A stretch of DNA of 40,144 nt, taken from a virus. Location: IMG/VR virus record IMGVR_UViG_3300027708_000005. One strand, given 5' to 3'. Numbering within the stretch: position 1 is the stretch's first letter; every line of letters begins with the position of its first letter. Position numbers and translations under genes: made by a program. This document shows positions 7,176 through 16,174 of the stretch, piece after piece. Below the pieces are notes generated by a model. That model saw only the letters and a program-made list of their open reading frames with translations. It did no database searches and was not told where the DNA came from.

Positions 7176-7411
7176 TATTCTTTATCTGCCTTTTGATCTA
7201 ATTTGTCCAAAATACGTTGCAAAGTAAACTCAAGCTTATCAAAACGCGCTTCTAAATCTATTTTGCGAACGTAATCTGTTGGTAATGCTACTTCAATCTT
7301 TTGAACGTCTCTTTTTAACTGTTGAACCGAATCCCATATCTGACGGCACCACCAACCTACCCCAAGCATCCCAGCACCGCCAACAAGATTAAATAAGTAT
7401 TGCCAATCCAT
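7175..7411 (-). CDS. N-terminally membrane-anchored coiled-coil protein (second holin/antiholin or i-spanin-like)
   Basis: 78 aa. One TM segment (LFNLVGGAGMLGVGWWC) followed by a charged helical tail. First gene of the lysis cassette. Confidence 0.45.
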   Translation of the reverse strand: MDWQYLFNLVGGAGMLGVGWWCRQIWDSVQQLKRDVQKIEVALPTDYVRKIDLEARFDKLEFTLQRILDKLDQKADKE

Positions 7412-7414
7412 GAT

Positions 7415-9484
7415 TTACCTCGCAAGCGCGTTTTGGTTAGGTTGTTCGGGTGAAGTAAGACGATTTTGATTCATATAAATCGGAACGCCTTTAGCCGTTG
7501 TTTGAGATAATAATTCAATTACTTTATATCGTTGTTCAGCGGGTAAAGTTGAAAGCAATTCTTCAGTACCTTTACCTGATTTAAAACCTTCAGTTAACGT
7601 TTTCATAGTCTTTTGACCTAACGCGCTTTCAAGAATTTGAATACCTTTGTTGGCCGTAGAGAACGTAGCGCTTAAATATGAAGGCAAACGAAACTTATTG
7701 AGATGGGACATAAATAAATCACGCAACGCATCTTGGCCTTGTGAAGCTTGTGCTTCAGCTTCCATTGTGGCTTTAGGAACCCGCGCGGTTTCTTTTAACA
7801 CGCCCATTTGCGTTTGAGCGTTTGGCTTCATTAGATCGTCAGCCATTTGCTTAGCAATATCGTAATTGCCTGGGCCAAATATTTTTTCAACTACATCGGG
7901 GGATTCGCCTTCAACAAGCTTAATAAAACCTTTAGGATTATTTTTGTATAAATCCAAAGCTTCAGCGCTTAACTTTTGTTGAGCAATTTTGTTAGCACCA
8001 ATGGCGTAATCTTCAAGATATTTGCCATAACCTGTACCGCCAGAAGATTCAATGGCGTTAACAATTAAAGGTTTAATTTTAGACAATACACCTGCTGCCA
8101 ATTGTTTTTGAGTTTTAGCGTCAGCAGTAGGATATAGATCACGAATAGCGGCATTAACAGAATTTTTACGAATAGAATCAAGTGCAAATGCATCAATTAC
8201 ACCGCCATCTTTAGTCCATGCTTTAATGTCGTCAGCAACACGACCAAGCGATACGGCAATATCTTTATTGCCCGCAAATTCAGGGTTTTTACTAATTTTG
8301 GCAATATTACCAATAATAGGTGCAGGTTCTAATGGTTTTAGACCATGCGCGGTTAAACTATCAACGGCGGCTTGTTTAAATTGCGCTGCTTCACCAAAAC
8401 GTAAAGAAGCATTAGCTGCTTGACTTGCTACTTCATCAGCTTTGATCGCCAATTCAGCAGGATAGTTATAGACACCTGTACCAGATAGACCTGTTTCAGC
8501 AACTTTAGCCTTAGCCATTGCTTTAGCACGGGGGATAGCGGCTTCAAAGCGACGTACATCGTCAACTTTATTAGCCGCAGCCATAGCCATACGATTTGCT
8601 TCGGTTTGCAATTGTTTGCCTGTTGTGCCTGCTATGTTAGCTGCGGCAAGTTCATTACGCTTAATAGGCTCAAGAGTTGTATTAAGGGCATTTTTAGCGC
8701 TTTCTTGGGCTGCTTTAGCTTCAGTTTGTGTTGTGCCACCTACCAAAGTAGCTAAAGCGTTTTCGCCTTCTTTTTGTTGTAATTTATTAAGCTTTACAAC
8801 AAACGATGGGTCACGCGCTAAACTTTTTTGAATTAAAGCTTGAGCAGTAGGGTTAACAATGCCCGCATCTGCAAGCGTTTGAGATACGCTCATACCTGGT
8901 TTAGCATTACGCAAAGCATTTACAGCTAACTCAATATCTGAGCCAAACGCATCTCTAGTTATTTTAGCGGCTTTTTGCAACGGCATCTGAGCAATGTCAA
9001 CTACTTTACCAACAGCTTTAGCAATAATTGGCGCGGCAACTTGACCGCCAACTTCCATTGTGGCGCCTTCTAAAACATTTTTAGCTGCGCGGCTAACATC
9101 AGCCGCAGGCGTTTGTTGTTTTACATTACCTAATGCAATGTCAGCTAAATTAGTAATTTCTTTACCAATACCATATCCAAGCGCCGCGCCACCAACAACA
9201 CCAGGTGGGCCAGCAGGAGCGCCTAATACGCCGCCCCCAACACTAGCCGCCGCTTCAACAGTTGGGCCAAGGTATTTACGGGCTGTTTGCGCTACTTCAT
9301 AAAGCTTGGGGTTTTCTTGACCCCAAGCAGGTCTATTGTCAATTGGTTTTAAACCAATTTTGACATCAAAATCGGCTTTAGGAATGTCAGCATAGAATTT
9401 TTTATGCAATGCATCAGCCAACGCCGCATCGGGCATATCGGCGTATTGCGGATACTGCGCTCGAATTTCAGCAATTGTTGCCAT
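7415..9484 (-). CDS. Internal virion / DNA-ejection protein (positional analogue of P22 gp16)
   Basis: 689 aa, Ala/Lys-rich and helical. Last large gene of the block that follows the gp4/gp10-like genes. Confidence 0.5.
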   Translation of the reverse strand: MATIAEIRAQYPQYADMPDAALADALHKKFYADIPKADFDVKIGLKPIDNRPAWGQENPKLYEVAQTARKYLGPTVEAAASVGGGVLGAPAGPPGVVGGAALGYGIGKEITNLADIALGNVKQQTPAADVSRAAKNVLEGATMEVGGQVAAPIIAKAVGKVVDIAQMPLQKAAKITRDAFGSDIELAVNALRNAKPGMSVSQTLADAGIVNPTAQALIQKSLARDPSFVVKLNKLQQKEGENALATLVGGTTQTEAKAAQESAKNALNTTLEPIKRNELAAANIAGTTGKQLQTEANRMAMAAANKVDDVRRFEAAIPRAKAMAKAKVAETGLSGTGVYNYPAELAIKADEVASQAANASLRFGEAAQFKQAAVDSLTAHGLKPLEPAPIIGNIAKISKNPEFAGNKDIAVSLGRVADDIKAWTKDGGVIDAFALDSIRKNSVNAAIRDLYPTADAKTQKQLAAGVLSKIKPLIVNAIESSGGTGYGKYLEDYAIGANKIAQQKLSAEALDLYKNNPKGFIKLVEGESPDVVEKIFGPGNYDIAKQMADDLMKPNAQTQMGVLKETARVPKATMEAEAQASQGQDALRDLFMSHLNKFRLPSYLSATFSTANKGIQILESALGQKTMKTLTEGFKSGKGTEELLSTLPAEQRYKVIELLSQTTAKGVPIYMNQNRLTSPEQPNQNALAR

Positions 9485-10665
9485 TATCTAATTCCTAGAG
9501 GATCAGCTTTCCCATTACTACTATTGCTACCACTTGTGGGCGCGTTAGCTTTGTAATCATAAGTCATATCGTATGCTTCACGAACACGTTGTTTAGCCCC
9601 ACGAACATCATCTGCAACGCGTCCAAGTTGTGTACGTAAACTACTAGCGTCTTGCGTACGATTAAGCGTACCAAAAGCGTCTTTAAGTTGTTGACCTTCT
9701 TGGTTTGATACGTTTCCTAAAGCGCCGCCTGTTGGAGATGCGGCGCGCATAGCCGCAAGTTCTTGGAACCCCCCACGAGCAACAATACTGTCGTACAAAG
9801 CTTGTGCTTGACGACCTTCAGCGGTAACAGAAGGTGTACGACCATAAACAGTGCCAGTAATACTATCTAAACCAGGATGATTTTTAAGTGTTTCAATATC
9901 AGCAATTAATTTGTCAGACTTAGCTTCAACAGTTTTAACAGCTTGAGTAGCCAATGGATATTTAGCTTCACGGGCTTGAACTTCTTTAGGCGCTAAAGGC
10001 GTAGTAGTTGGGCCACCGGGAATAGCTTCTAAAGTTTTACCATCAGGCGACATACGATAGCCAGCAGGGATTGTACCGCGGCTTTGGTTTTCTCTAGCAA
10101 TTTGTAAATGGCCGCCAGCAATACCTTCAGTTGTGCGGTTATGACGTAATTGTTCTTGTTGAGAAAAATAATTTTCAGCTTTAAGAGCGCGGGATTTAAC
10201 ATAATCTAAACGTTGTGCTTCATTTAAAGAAGATATAAGTTTAAATTCCTGTTGTGCTTGATCTGGCGCCATTTTGCCACTTTTAACCGCGTCTTCTAAA
10301 TGTGCGGCGAAATTAGTAGGTGAAGGGTTAAATAACAAATTTTTATAGCCTTCACGCGCTATTTCCATGTCTTTTAATGTAACTTCAGCATTTGTCTTTT
10401 TAAGATTCGCCGCAGATAAATCTTGTTCATTTAACGCTTTAGCGTAACCTAAACCCGTTTTACCAAAATTTATTAGCCCACGACGACCTTCAGCCGAAAA
10501 TAAATCAGCACCGCTTTGAAGGTACTCATTTAGCTTGTTTTGCTCTGCAATACCGCGTCCTAACTCACCAAGTTTCATGGTTTCACCCATCATCGCCAAT
10601 TGGTTAACTGGCGACTCTACTTTAAGCGGTTGTACATTTAAGGGGATACTTGGATCAATTGGCAT
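9484..10665 (-). CDS. Internal virion / ejection protein (positional analogue of P22 gp20)
   Basis: 393 aa. Tightly packed between other putative ejection proteins. Confidence 0.45.
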   Translation of the reverse strand: MPIDPSIPLNVQPLKVESPVNQLAMMGETMKLGELGRGIAEQNKLNEYLQSGADLFSAEGRRGLINFGKTGLGYAKALNEQDLSAANLKKTNAEVTLKDMEIAREGYKNLLFNPSPTNFAAHLEDAVKSGKMAPDQAQQEFKLISSLNEAQRLDYVKSRALKAENYFSQQEQLRHNRTTEGIAGGHLQIARENQSRGTIPAGYRMSPDGKTLEAIPGGPTTTPLAPKEVQAREAKYPLATQAVKTVEAKSDKLIADIETLKNHPGLDSITGTVYGRTPSVTAEGRQAQALYDSIVARGGFQELAAMRAASPTGGALGNVSNQEGQQLKDAFGTLNRTQDASSLRTQLGRVADDVRGAKQRVREAYDMTYDYKANAPTSGSNSSNGKADPLGIR

Positions 10666-10674
10666 ATTTATTCC

Positions 10675-11484
10675 TTAATATACTGGGCCAGTAAAATCAG
10701 GGCTTGCTTGATTAGATTGACGCGTTAAATAATTATCCGCCGCATTTAGCCCATACCCAGCATTGCTAGTGTACGCAGAAGTGTTGCCACCACCCATATA
10801 ACGGTTCATCATACTGTTCATTTGATATTGACCTAATGCATTGCCAATACCACTTGTAAAAGCATTGGCTGAACCTACTTGACCTGCGGCGGTAGCATTA
10901 GCGGCGCCAATAGATAGCGCTGCATTAGATGCAGCGGTGTTACCTATGTTAGCGGCTTGTCCAGCAGCAGCGCCTTGACCTTGCGTACTAAGAAATTGTA
11001 GCGGCCCAAGTAAATTATTGCGGTTTAACTGAAACGTATTTTGAGCATTGCTATAATTTTGCAAATATCGATTAAACGAATTTTGATACTCTTGCGAGCC
11101 CATTTCTTGACCATAGGTTTGTCCTGCTTTAAGGGCATTACCAGAAATTAGACCACCTCTTGCCGCCGCCGTAGCGTTCATGGCGTTCATGCCTTCTTTA
11201 AGTCTAAAAGCATAGCCAGGATCAGCTTGATAATCAAAAGGGCCATAGCTAAAATTTTGTGTAGCCGCACCGCCCGGTTGAGTCATAGCGGATAATTGAT
11301 TTACAGCGGTCGTACCTGCTTTACGCCAAGGTTCGCTAATTTCAATTTGACGTTCTAAAGCCGCCGTTTGTGCCGCCGTTGCGTTATTTGCGGCGTTGGC
11401 TTGAGTATTGGCCGCGTCTTTAGACGCTTTTGCGCCAATTAAAGAGCTTCCTAGATTTACTACGGCGCTAATTATGGCTGCCAT
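10675..11484 (-). CDS. Internal virion / ejection protein, Gly/Ala/Asn/Gln-rich
   Basis: 269 aa. Low-complexity A/N/Q/G sequence with the motif DPGYAFRLKEG...ARGGLISG, which I recall from podovirus internal proteins. Confidence 0.45.
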   Translation of the reverse strand: MAAIISAVVNLGSSLIGAKASKDAANTQANAANNATAAQTAALERQIEISEPWRKAGTTAVNQLSAMTQPGGAATQNFSYGPFDYQADPGYAFRLKEGMNAMNATAAARGGLISGNALKAGQTYGQEMGSQEYQNSFNRYLQNYSNAQNTFQLNRNNLLGPLQFLSTQGQGAAAGQAANIGNTAASNAALSIGAANATAAGQVGSANAFTSGIGNALGQYQMNSMMNRYMGGGNTSAYTSNAGYGLNAADNYLTRQSNQASPDFTGPVY

Positions 11485-11486
11485 GA

Positions 11487-11984
11487 TTAAGTCCTTTGTT
11501 CTTCAAGACCAATAATATTGACCTTATTTTGCTTGTTTTTAAGCTGTAAATCAATTCTATTTGATAACAAACCGCATTTTGGTATTACATAAAGACGTTC
11601 TTCTACAAGGGCAACATCGGTGCAATCATCCAGATTTTCGTATACATCAACCCAAACAACTTCATCTTCAAATACTTGCCCTGCCCGTTGGATTCCTGCT
11701 GGCGCATCAAATTCACACGGCCCTGTCAATACTTTGACTTCAATATCCATAGTTACTGCAATTGTACCTTTTTCAAGCCTAACTTTGTATGGCGTTTTGT
11801 GTTCGGCACCCGTAATTAAAGTCCAAGGTGGCACAATCATTTTGCGCTCATAAATACCGGGTTTAAAAGTATGTTCGGTTATAACGGCTACTTGTGGCAT
11901 TTCTAGCATAACATTTTGTAATGCTTGTACTTGTGCTTTTAATGGCACCGCAACTTGCGTAGAAGAAACAACTGTTAACTCCAT
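11487..11984 (-). CDS. Cupin-like small beta-barrel protein (hypothetical)
   Basis: The ORF-track ORF trimmed to the ATG at 11984, one nt after the upstream stop (165 aa). EHTFKPGIYERKMIVPPWTLITGAEHKTPYKVRLEKGTIAV resembles a cupin core. Confidence 0.4.
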   Translation of the reverse strand: MELTVVSSTQVAVPLKAQVQALQNVMLEMPQVAVITEHTFKPGIYERKMIVPPWTLITGAEHKTPYKVRLEKGTIAVTMDIEVKVLTGPCEFDAPAGIQRAGQVFEDEVVWVDVYENLDDCTDVALVEERLYVIPKCGLLSNRIDLQLKNKQNKVNIIGLEEQRT

Positions 11985-11985
11985 A

Positions 11986-12480
11986 TTATTGTAAAAACTC
12001 CACAATATCGCCTACATTCAAGCCTGTTAAGAAGGTAATTGAATTAGCGCTAGTTTCTGTATAGTTAAGCGTTACAACTTGTTTGCTACCATTTACAAAC
12101 ACTTTTAAACTGTTATTGCCAACCGTATAAGTAAGTCCAGAAAATACGGTTTGACCTTGCGTCGCTGTTTGATATGATTGCGTCCCGGCTGAAGGTAAAC
12201 CTGAAAGGTTATCCATAGACCAAATTTGTACGTTAGTAGAATCTTTAAGTACAAATTTAAAACTTACGGGCGATAGCCAAATTTCATTTGATGGTCTGCC
12301 CGCCGCATCTAATACTATAGGATTTGTATTGGCGGTAACACCCGTTGCAGAAGTATACGTCACCGCAGGCGTTGTAGTTCCCGCTGCGTATGTATACAAC
12401 AACCCACCTGCTAAAGGTACGCCGTTATTATCAAAAAATTGCCAACCAGCGCCGCCAAGTGGAGATAGACTAACGACCAT
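11986..12480 (-). CDS. Short tail-fibre-like protein with a tailspike-type N-terminal domain and a duplicated 63-aa C-terminal module
   Basis: 164 aa. The N-terminus GGLLYTYAAGTTTPAVTYTSATGVTANTNPIVLDAAGRP...IWL is a common tailspike head-binding motif. The C-terminal 63 aa match 47/63 with the C-terminus of 14158-14634. Confidence 0.65.
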   Translation of the reverse strand: MVVSLSPLGGAGWQFFDNNGVPLAGGLLYTYAAGTTTPAVTYTSATGVTANTNPIVLDAAGRPSNEIWLSPVSFKFVLKDSTNVQIWSMDNLSGLPSAGTQSYQTATQGQTVFSGLTYTVGNNSLKVFVNGSKQVVTLNYTETSANSITFLTGLNVGDIVEFLQ

Positions 12481-12481
12481 A

Positions 12482-14140
12482 TTAAGCCTCCTTAGCTTCT
12501 AACGCAGCTACACGTTTACGCAAGTTTTGAACTTCAGCAACCAATAGCGCAATCATTTCGGGTTGAGATGAATCAATTTGTTGATAGATAGGCTTACCTT
12601 CGGCATCTACCGCATTAGGTTCGCCTGTTACAGCGTTAGGAATAATTGTTTGTAATTCATCAGCAATAAAACCTAAATCGGTTTCGCCTGTTGATCTCCA
12701 AGTAAATGATCTTGGCAACAAAGCATCTATAAGTTCACCCGAAGTAGTTACAGGTTCTATATTTGTCTTAAGTCTGCGGTCTGATGAAGTGTTATATGAA
12801 GTACTAGTAGAATTTACCGTAACGCTACCAACGGTGGCACTTGTATGGTATAAAAATTGCATAGCGTATATACTTGAACCAAGCGCGTCAACAGCTATTC
12901 CAGTTCCAATTGAGGCATTAGTTTCAAAATAACCAGCACTTTGACTAAGCGCGCCTTTAGCATAAACCGCAAATCCTCCACTACCCCCAGTAGCAGCGTT
13001 GGCAATTATATTATTGCCACTAATAGTAGTCGCGTAAGCCCCCGCAGCGCGGACGTTATCGCTTGTAAAAATAGTGCCATATACACCGTTAATACTGACA
13101 GGGAAATCGGTAATAATAGTGTAAAAACAACCACTTACTAAGTTAAACAATTGCGACCCACTATATTGCGCTTGATCGGCTAAAAACGAAAGTGAAGACC
13201 CGCTATTAGCTGTAATTGCAGGTGAAGTTGAATTATTAGGAACTATTCGACCACTAATAAAATCTACGTTACCGTTTATAGTTACATACGGCGTACTACC
13301 TGAAGATGTTTGCTGTATTAATAAGCAATTTGTAAAACTTGTAATTGAATTTACAACATTGTTAGAAAATAAAGGTACAGAACCACCTTCAATATGACAA
13401 TTTACAAAGTGTAGCTGACCAGCCGAAATACTAATATGGGCTGTGGTAGGATAGTCAAGAGAGCAATTTGTAAAATTAATGTCGCCAGAACCGTTATTTT
13501 GAATGACGTTAGTGCCGTTATTAAATATGGTGCAACCTACGTAGGAAATATTTTCGCCGTTATTTGTAAAACCAGTTAAATTTTGCACACCTACTGTACA
13601 CGCCCAAACATCTGTGTTTTTATGGCTAATTAAGTAGCTATTGGATTCAAATGATTCGCCAACGCCAAAGTTATTAATAGAACAATTATCTACAGAAAAG
13701 TGAGCTACGCCAGTAGAAGATGTGTATTGAATACCTTTGACACTCCCCGCTGTTGAATTACCAATTAGTTGAAGCCCAGAAATAGAAGTAATTGCGTTAG
13801 CGTAAGGGGGTGATACAGTTGAATTAATAACTAACGCTGCGCCGCTAGTTAAAGATGAAAAATTAAGCGTTGCGCTTTCACCCCAAATAGATATAAAAGA
13901 AATATCAACACTTAAAGAAGAATTAATTTTATAAGTGCCAGCCGGAACGTATACTACGCCTTTTTTACCTGTAGCTACAATTGCCGCAAAAGCCGCCGTA
14001 AAAGCAGCCGCATCGTTAGTAGTTCCGTCGCCGACAGCGCCGAAATCTTTAACTGAGATAAATTCACCAAGCTTTAGGTTAATAGGACGGTTAACCGCAC
14101 CGGTTGAGCCTTGGTCATATTTTGGAATTAGCGTAGTCAT
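12482..14140 (-). CDS. Tailspike / depolymerase: pectate-lyase-like beta-helix with a C-terminal peptidase S74 intramolecular chaperone
   Basis: 552 aa. SVKDFGAVGDGTTNDAAAF is the beta-helix entry motif. The last ~100 aa (SDRRLKTNIEP...GFIADELQ...LVAEVQNLRKRVAALE) match the S74 autocleaving chaperone. Confidence 0.88.
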   Translation of the reverse strand: MTTLIPKYDQGSTGAVNRPINLKLGEFISVKDFGAVGDGTTNDAAAFTAAFAAIVATGKKGVVYVPAGTYKINSSLSVDISFISIWGESATLNFSSLTSGAALVINSTVSPPYANAITSISGLQLIGNSTAGSVKGIQYTSSTGVAHFSVDNCSINNFGVGESFESNSYLISHKNTDVWACTVGVQNLTGFTNNGENISYVGCTIFNNGTNVIQNNGSGDINFTNCSLDYPTTAHISISAGQLHFVNCHIEGGSVPLFSNNVVNSITSFTNCLLIQQTSSGSTPYVTINGNVDFISGRIVPNNSTSPAITANSGSSLSFLADQAQYSGSQLFNLVSGCFYTIITDFPVSINGVYGTIFTSDNVRAAGAYATTISGNNIIANAATGGSGGFAVYAKGALSQSAGYFETNASIGTGIAVDALGSSIYAMQFLYHTSATVGSVTVNSTSTSYNTSSDRRLKTNIEPVTTSGELIDALLPRSFTWRSTGETDLGFIADELQTIIPNAVTGEPNAVDAEGKPIYQQIDSSQPEMIALLVAEVQNLRKRVAALEAKEA

Positions 14141-14157
14141 TTTTTAATCCTATATAG

Positions 14158-14634
14158 TTATTGCACAAATTCTACATAATCGCCAGCATTTAATCCACTT
14201 AAAAAAGTAATGCTAGTGTTATTAGTTTCGGTATAGTTTACAGTTACTATTTGTTTGCTACCGTTAACAAATACTTTTAGCCTACTGTCACCCACAATGT
14301 AACTAAGCCCTGTAAATACAGTTTGCCCTTGTGTAGCAATTTGATAAGAGCTAGTAGCGGTAACGGTGAGATTTACAAAGCCTGGGTCATAGCTTATGGT
14401 AACGCCATAACCTCTTAATAAAGCAGGCTCAAAAACATTACTTGTGTTTCCAATGATAATTTCATGGTTATCAATAGTAGCTAATCCAGTACCGCCTTTA
14501 TTAACGGGGATTGTACCTGAACCCGTAAAACCATATACATTCCAAAAAAAGCGGTACCATTCGGTTGTCATTGTTAGTTCTCCCTCATAAACGAGGGGAA
14601 CTTTTGCCGATGGGAGAAGCGTAATATCAGCCAT
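14158..14634 (-). CDS. Tail-fibre/adaptor-like protein carrying the same 63-aa C-terminal module
   Basis: 158 aa. PVNKGGTGLATI fibre motif. C-terminus SYQIATQGQTVFTGLSYIVGDSRLKVFVNGSKQIVTVNYTETNNTSITFLSGLNAGDYVEFVQ. Confidence 0.6.
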   Translation of the reverse strand: MADITLLPSAKVPLVYEGELTMTTEWYRFFWNVYGFTGSGTIPVNKGGTGLATIDNHEIIIGNTSNVFEPALLRGYGVTISYDPGFVNLTVTATSSYQIATQGQTVFTGLSYIVGDSRLKVFVNGSKQIVTVNYTETNNTSITFLSGLNAGDYVEFVQ

Positions 14635-16174
14635 TTGTGCCAGTAAGGGCTAATTCAGCGCCTACAATAGTTACTTTTACTGGATCTGTACCTGATATTT
14701 CATATACTCTATCGCGCAATTTAGTTGTCATACCAAGGCGACGCCAAAACGTGCGGGTACTAAACTCTCCAATACGCCCCATCCTAGCCCAATGTTCATT
14801 TGACCAAGTATGACCGCCGTCATCAGACCAGCGCAGCATTACTTCAGGGTTAGCGCCAACGGTGTTGTTATTAATAGTATCAACATATAACGTAATCGTT
14901 TCGGATGGCCCAATAACAAAAGATTCGCTAGGCCCAATAATAAGGTCTATGCGCGGATTAATGTCAACTTGGCTATTGATGCCTACGCCTGTTTCGGCAT
15001 CTAACTGTAAAGTATGTTGCGCGGTACGCTTAAGATTATTTTGACCTTCAGGTAATGGGCGCCAAGAGCGTAACCATTTTTGGGGCTGACCATTGTCAGA
15101 ATAAACATCTAAGTCTAAAGCATAGATATTGCCATTTTCATAATCGCCAACAATAACTTCGCTATTAAAACTCATTTGGCATTGACCACGATTGCGGTTA
15201 AAAACGCCGTTATTCCAGCTTGCACGTTCGTGCCAAGCATTTGTAGCTACATCATAAACCCAAGTAGCGTTAGCGGTAGGAAAGTTTAAAACATAGAACG
15301 CATGGCCTTCTTGTTGATAAGTGTAGGCTTGCGCGTCAGAAATATCGCCATATTGCTGAATAGCGTATTCTATGGCATGGGTAGATATACGTTTGCCTGT
15401 ATAGCCTTGATTACGATAGACGATACCATAGCCACGTGGATCAGCCCCTAGCCAAAATATGCTGTTATCAAGTTTAGCAATAGAAAAAGGTGCCAAACAA
15501 CCAATTTCGTTATACGCCCCTTGAATTGGTGCTAATGGGAATGGTGTAGTGGCAGCGTCATACCAAACCTCAGTAGTACCTTGCCCAAATACCCAAACTT
15601 CACGGTTATTTGATACAACGGCAACAACTTGGTCGGGAGAGCTTTCAGCCGCGCCAAAAGCCAAAGGATTGATTGAAGTGCCATCAAGAACGTCAGTTAC
15701 CCAAATAATCTGGCTATTAGGCTGATTAAAAGCAAAATAACCATCAATGTAACAAACGGTTGCAGCGCCTGCAAAGTCTGCATCTGTAACTTGTACAAAG
15801 GTATTAGTAGACTCAGTATAAACATAAGCATTAGGGTTGGCAGCAATGAATATCTGAATACCGCTATCTGCAATAGATACTGGCCCACTGCCGCTAACAT
15901 TGCCTAAAAACGTAGCGGTGTAGTCTTGCTGAATTTTATAGAACCCACTGCCAGATACAACATACGCGTCTGTACCGCCAGTAGAATGTGTCCAAAGCCC
16001 ACGAATAGGGCCTGTGCCAATAGTAGCTAAAAGACGAAGCCCAGGCGCTCTATTAAGAAAACCTCTTGTTTGACCGCCTTCGGGTACGACTTCAGGAAAC
16101 AAATTAACCATGCGATTATCCGCAGCGTTAACGCTACGGGCTACATACGCTTGGCCTAAAATCGGCGTTTGCAT
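14627..16174 (-). CDS. P22 gp10-like tail accessory / packaged-DNA stabilisation protein
   Basis: 515 aa. The N-terminal pattern (N.FPE...G.L...PGL) and the C-terminal W.R.GR..R......V pattern resemble P22 gp10 as recalled. It follows the gp4-like gene, as in P22. Confidence 0.65.
   Translation of the reverse strand: MQTPILGQAYVARSVNAADNRMVNLFPEVVPEGGQTRGFLNRAPGLRLLATIGTGPIRGLWTHSTGGTDAYVVSGSGFYKIQQDYTATFLGNVSGSGPVSIADSGIQIFIAANPNAYVYTESTNTFVQVTDADFAGAATVCYIDGYFAFNQPNSQIIWVTDVLDGTSINPLAFGAAESSPDQVVAVVSNNREVWVFGQGTTEVWYDAATTPFPLAPIQGAYNEIGCLAPFSIAKLDNSIFWLGADPRGYGIVYRNQGYTGKRISTHAIEYAIQQYGDISDAQAYTYQQEGHAFYVLNFPTANATWVYDVATNAWHERASWNNGVFNRNRGQCQMSFNSEVIVGDYENGNIYALDLDVYSDNGQPQKWLRSWRPLPEGQNNLKRTAQHTLQLDAETGVGINSQVDINPRIDLIIGPSESFVIGPSETITLYVDTINNNTVGANPEVMLRWSDDGGHTWSNEHWARMGRIGEFSTRTFWRRLGMTTKLRDRVYEISGTDPVKVTIVGAELALTGTNG

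Noticed and set aside
11989-14349. Diversity-generating retroelement (template/variable repeat) explanation for the duplicated 190-nt module at 11989-12177 and 14161-14349
   Set aside because: Aligning the two DNA copies by eye shows substitutions of every type (C/T, C/A, T/C, G/A and others), not adenine-specific changes. No reverse transcriptase gene exists in the genome.
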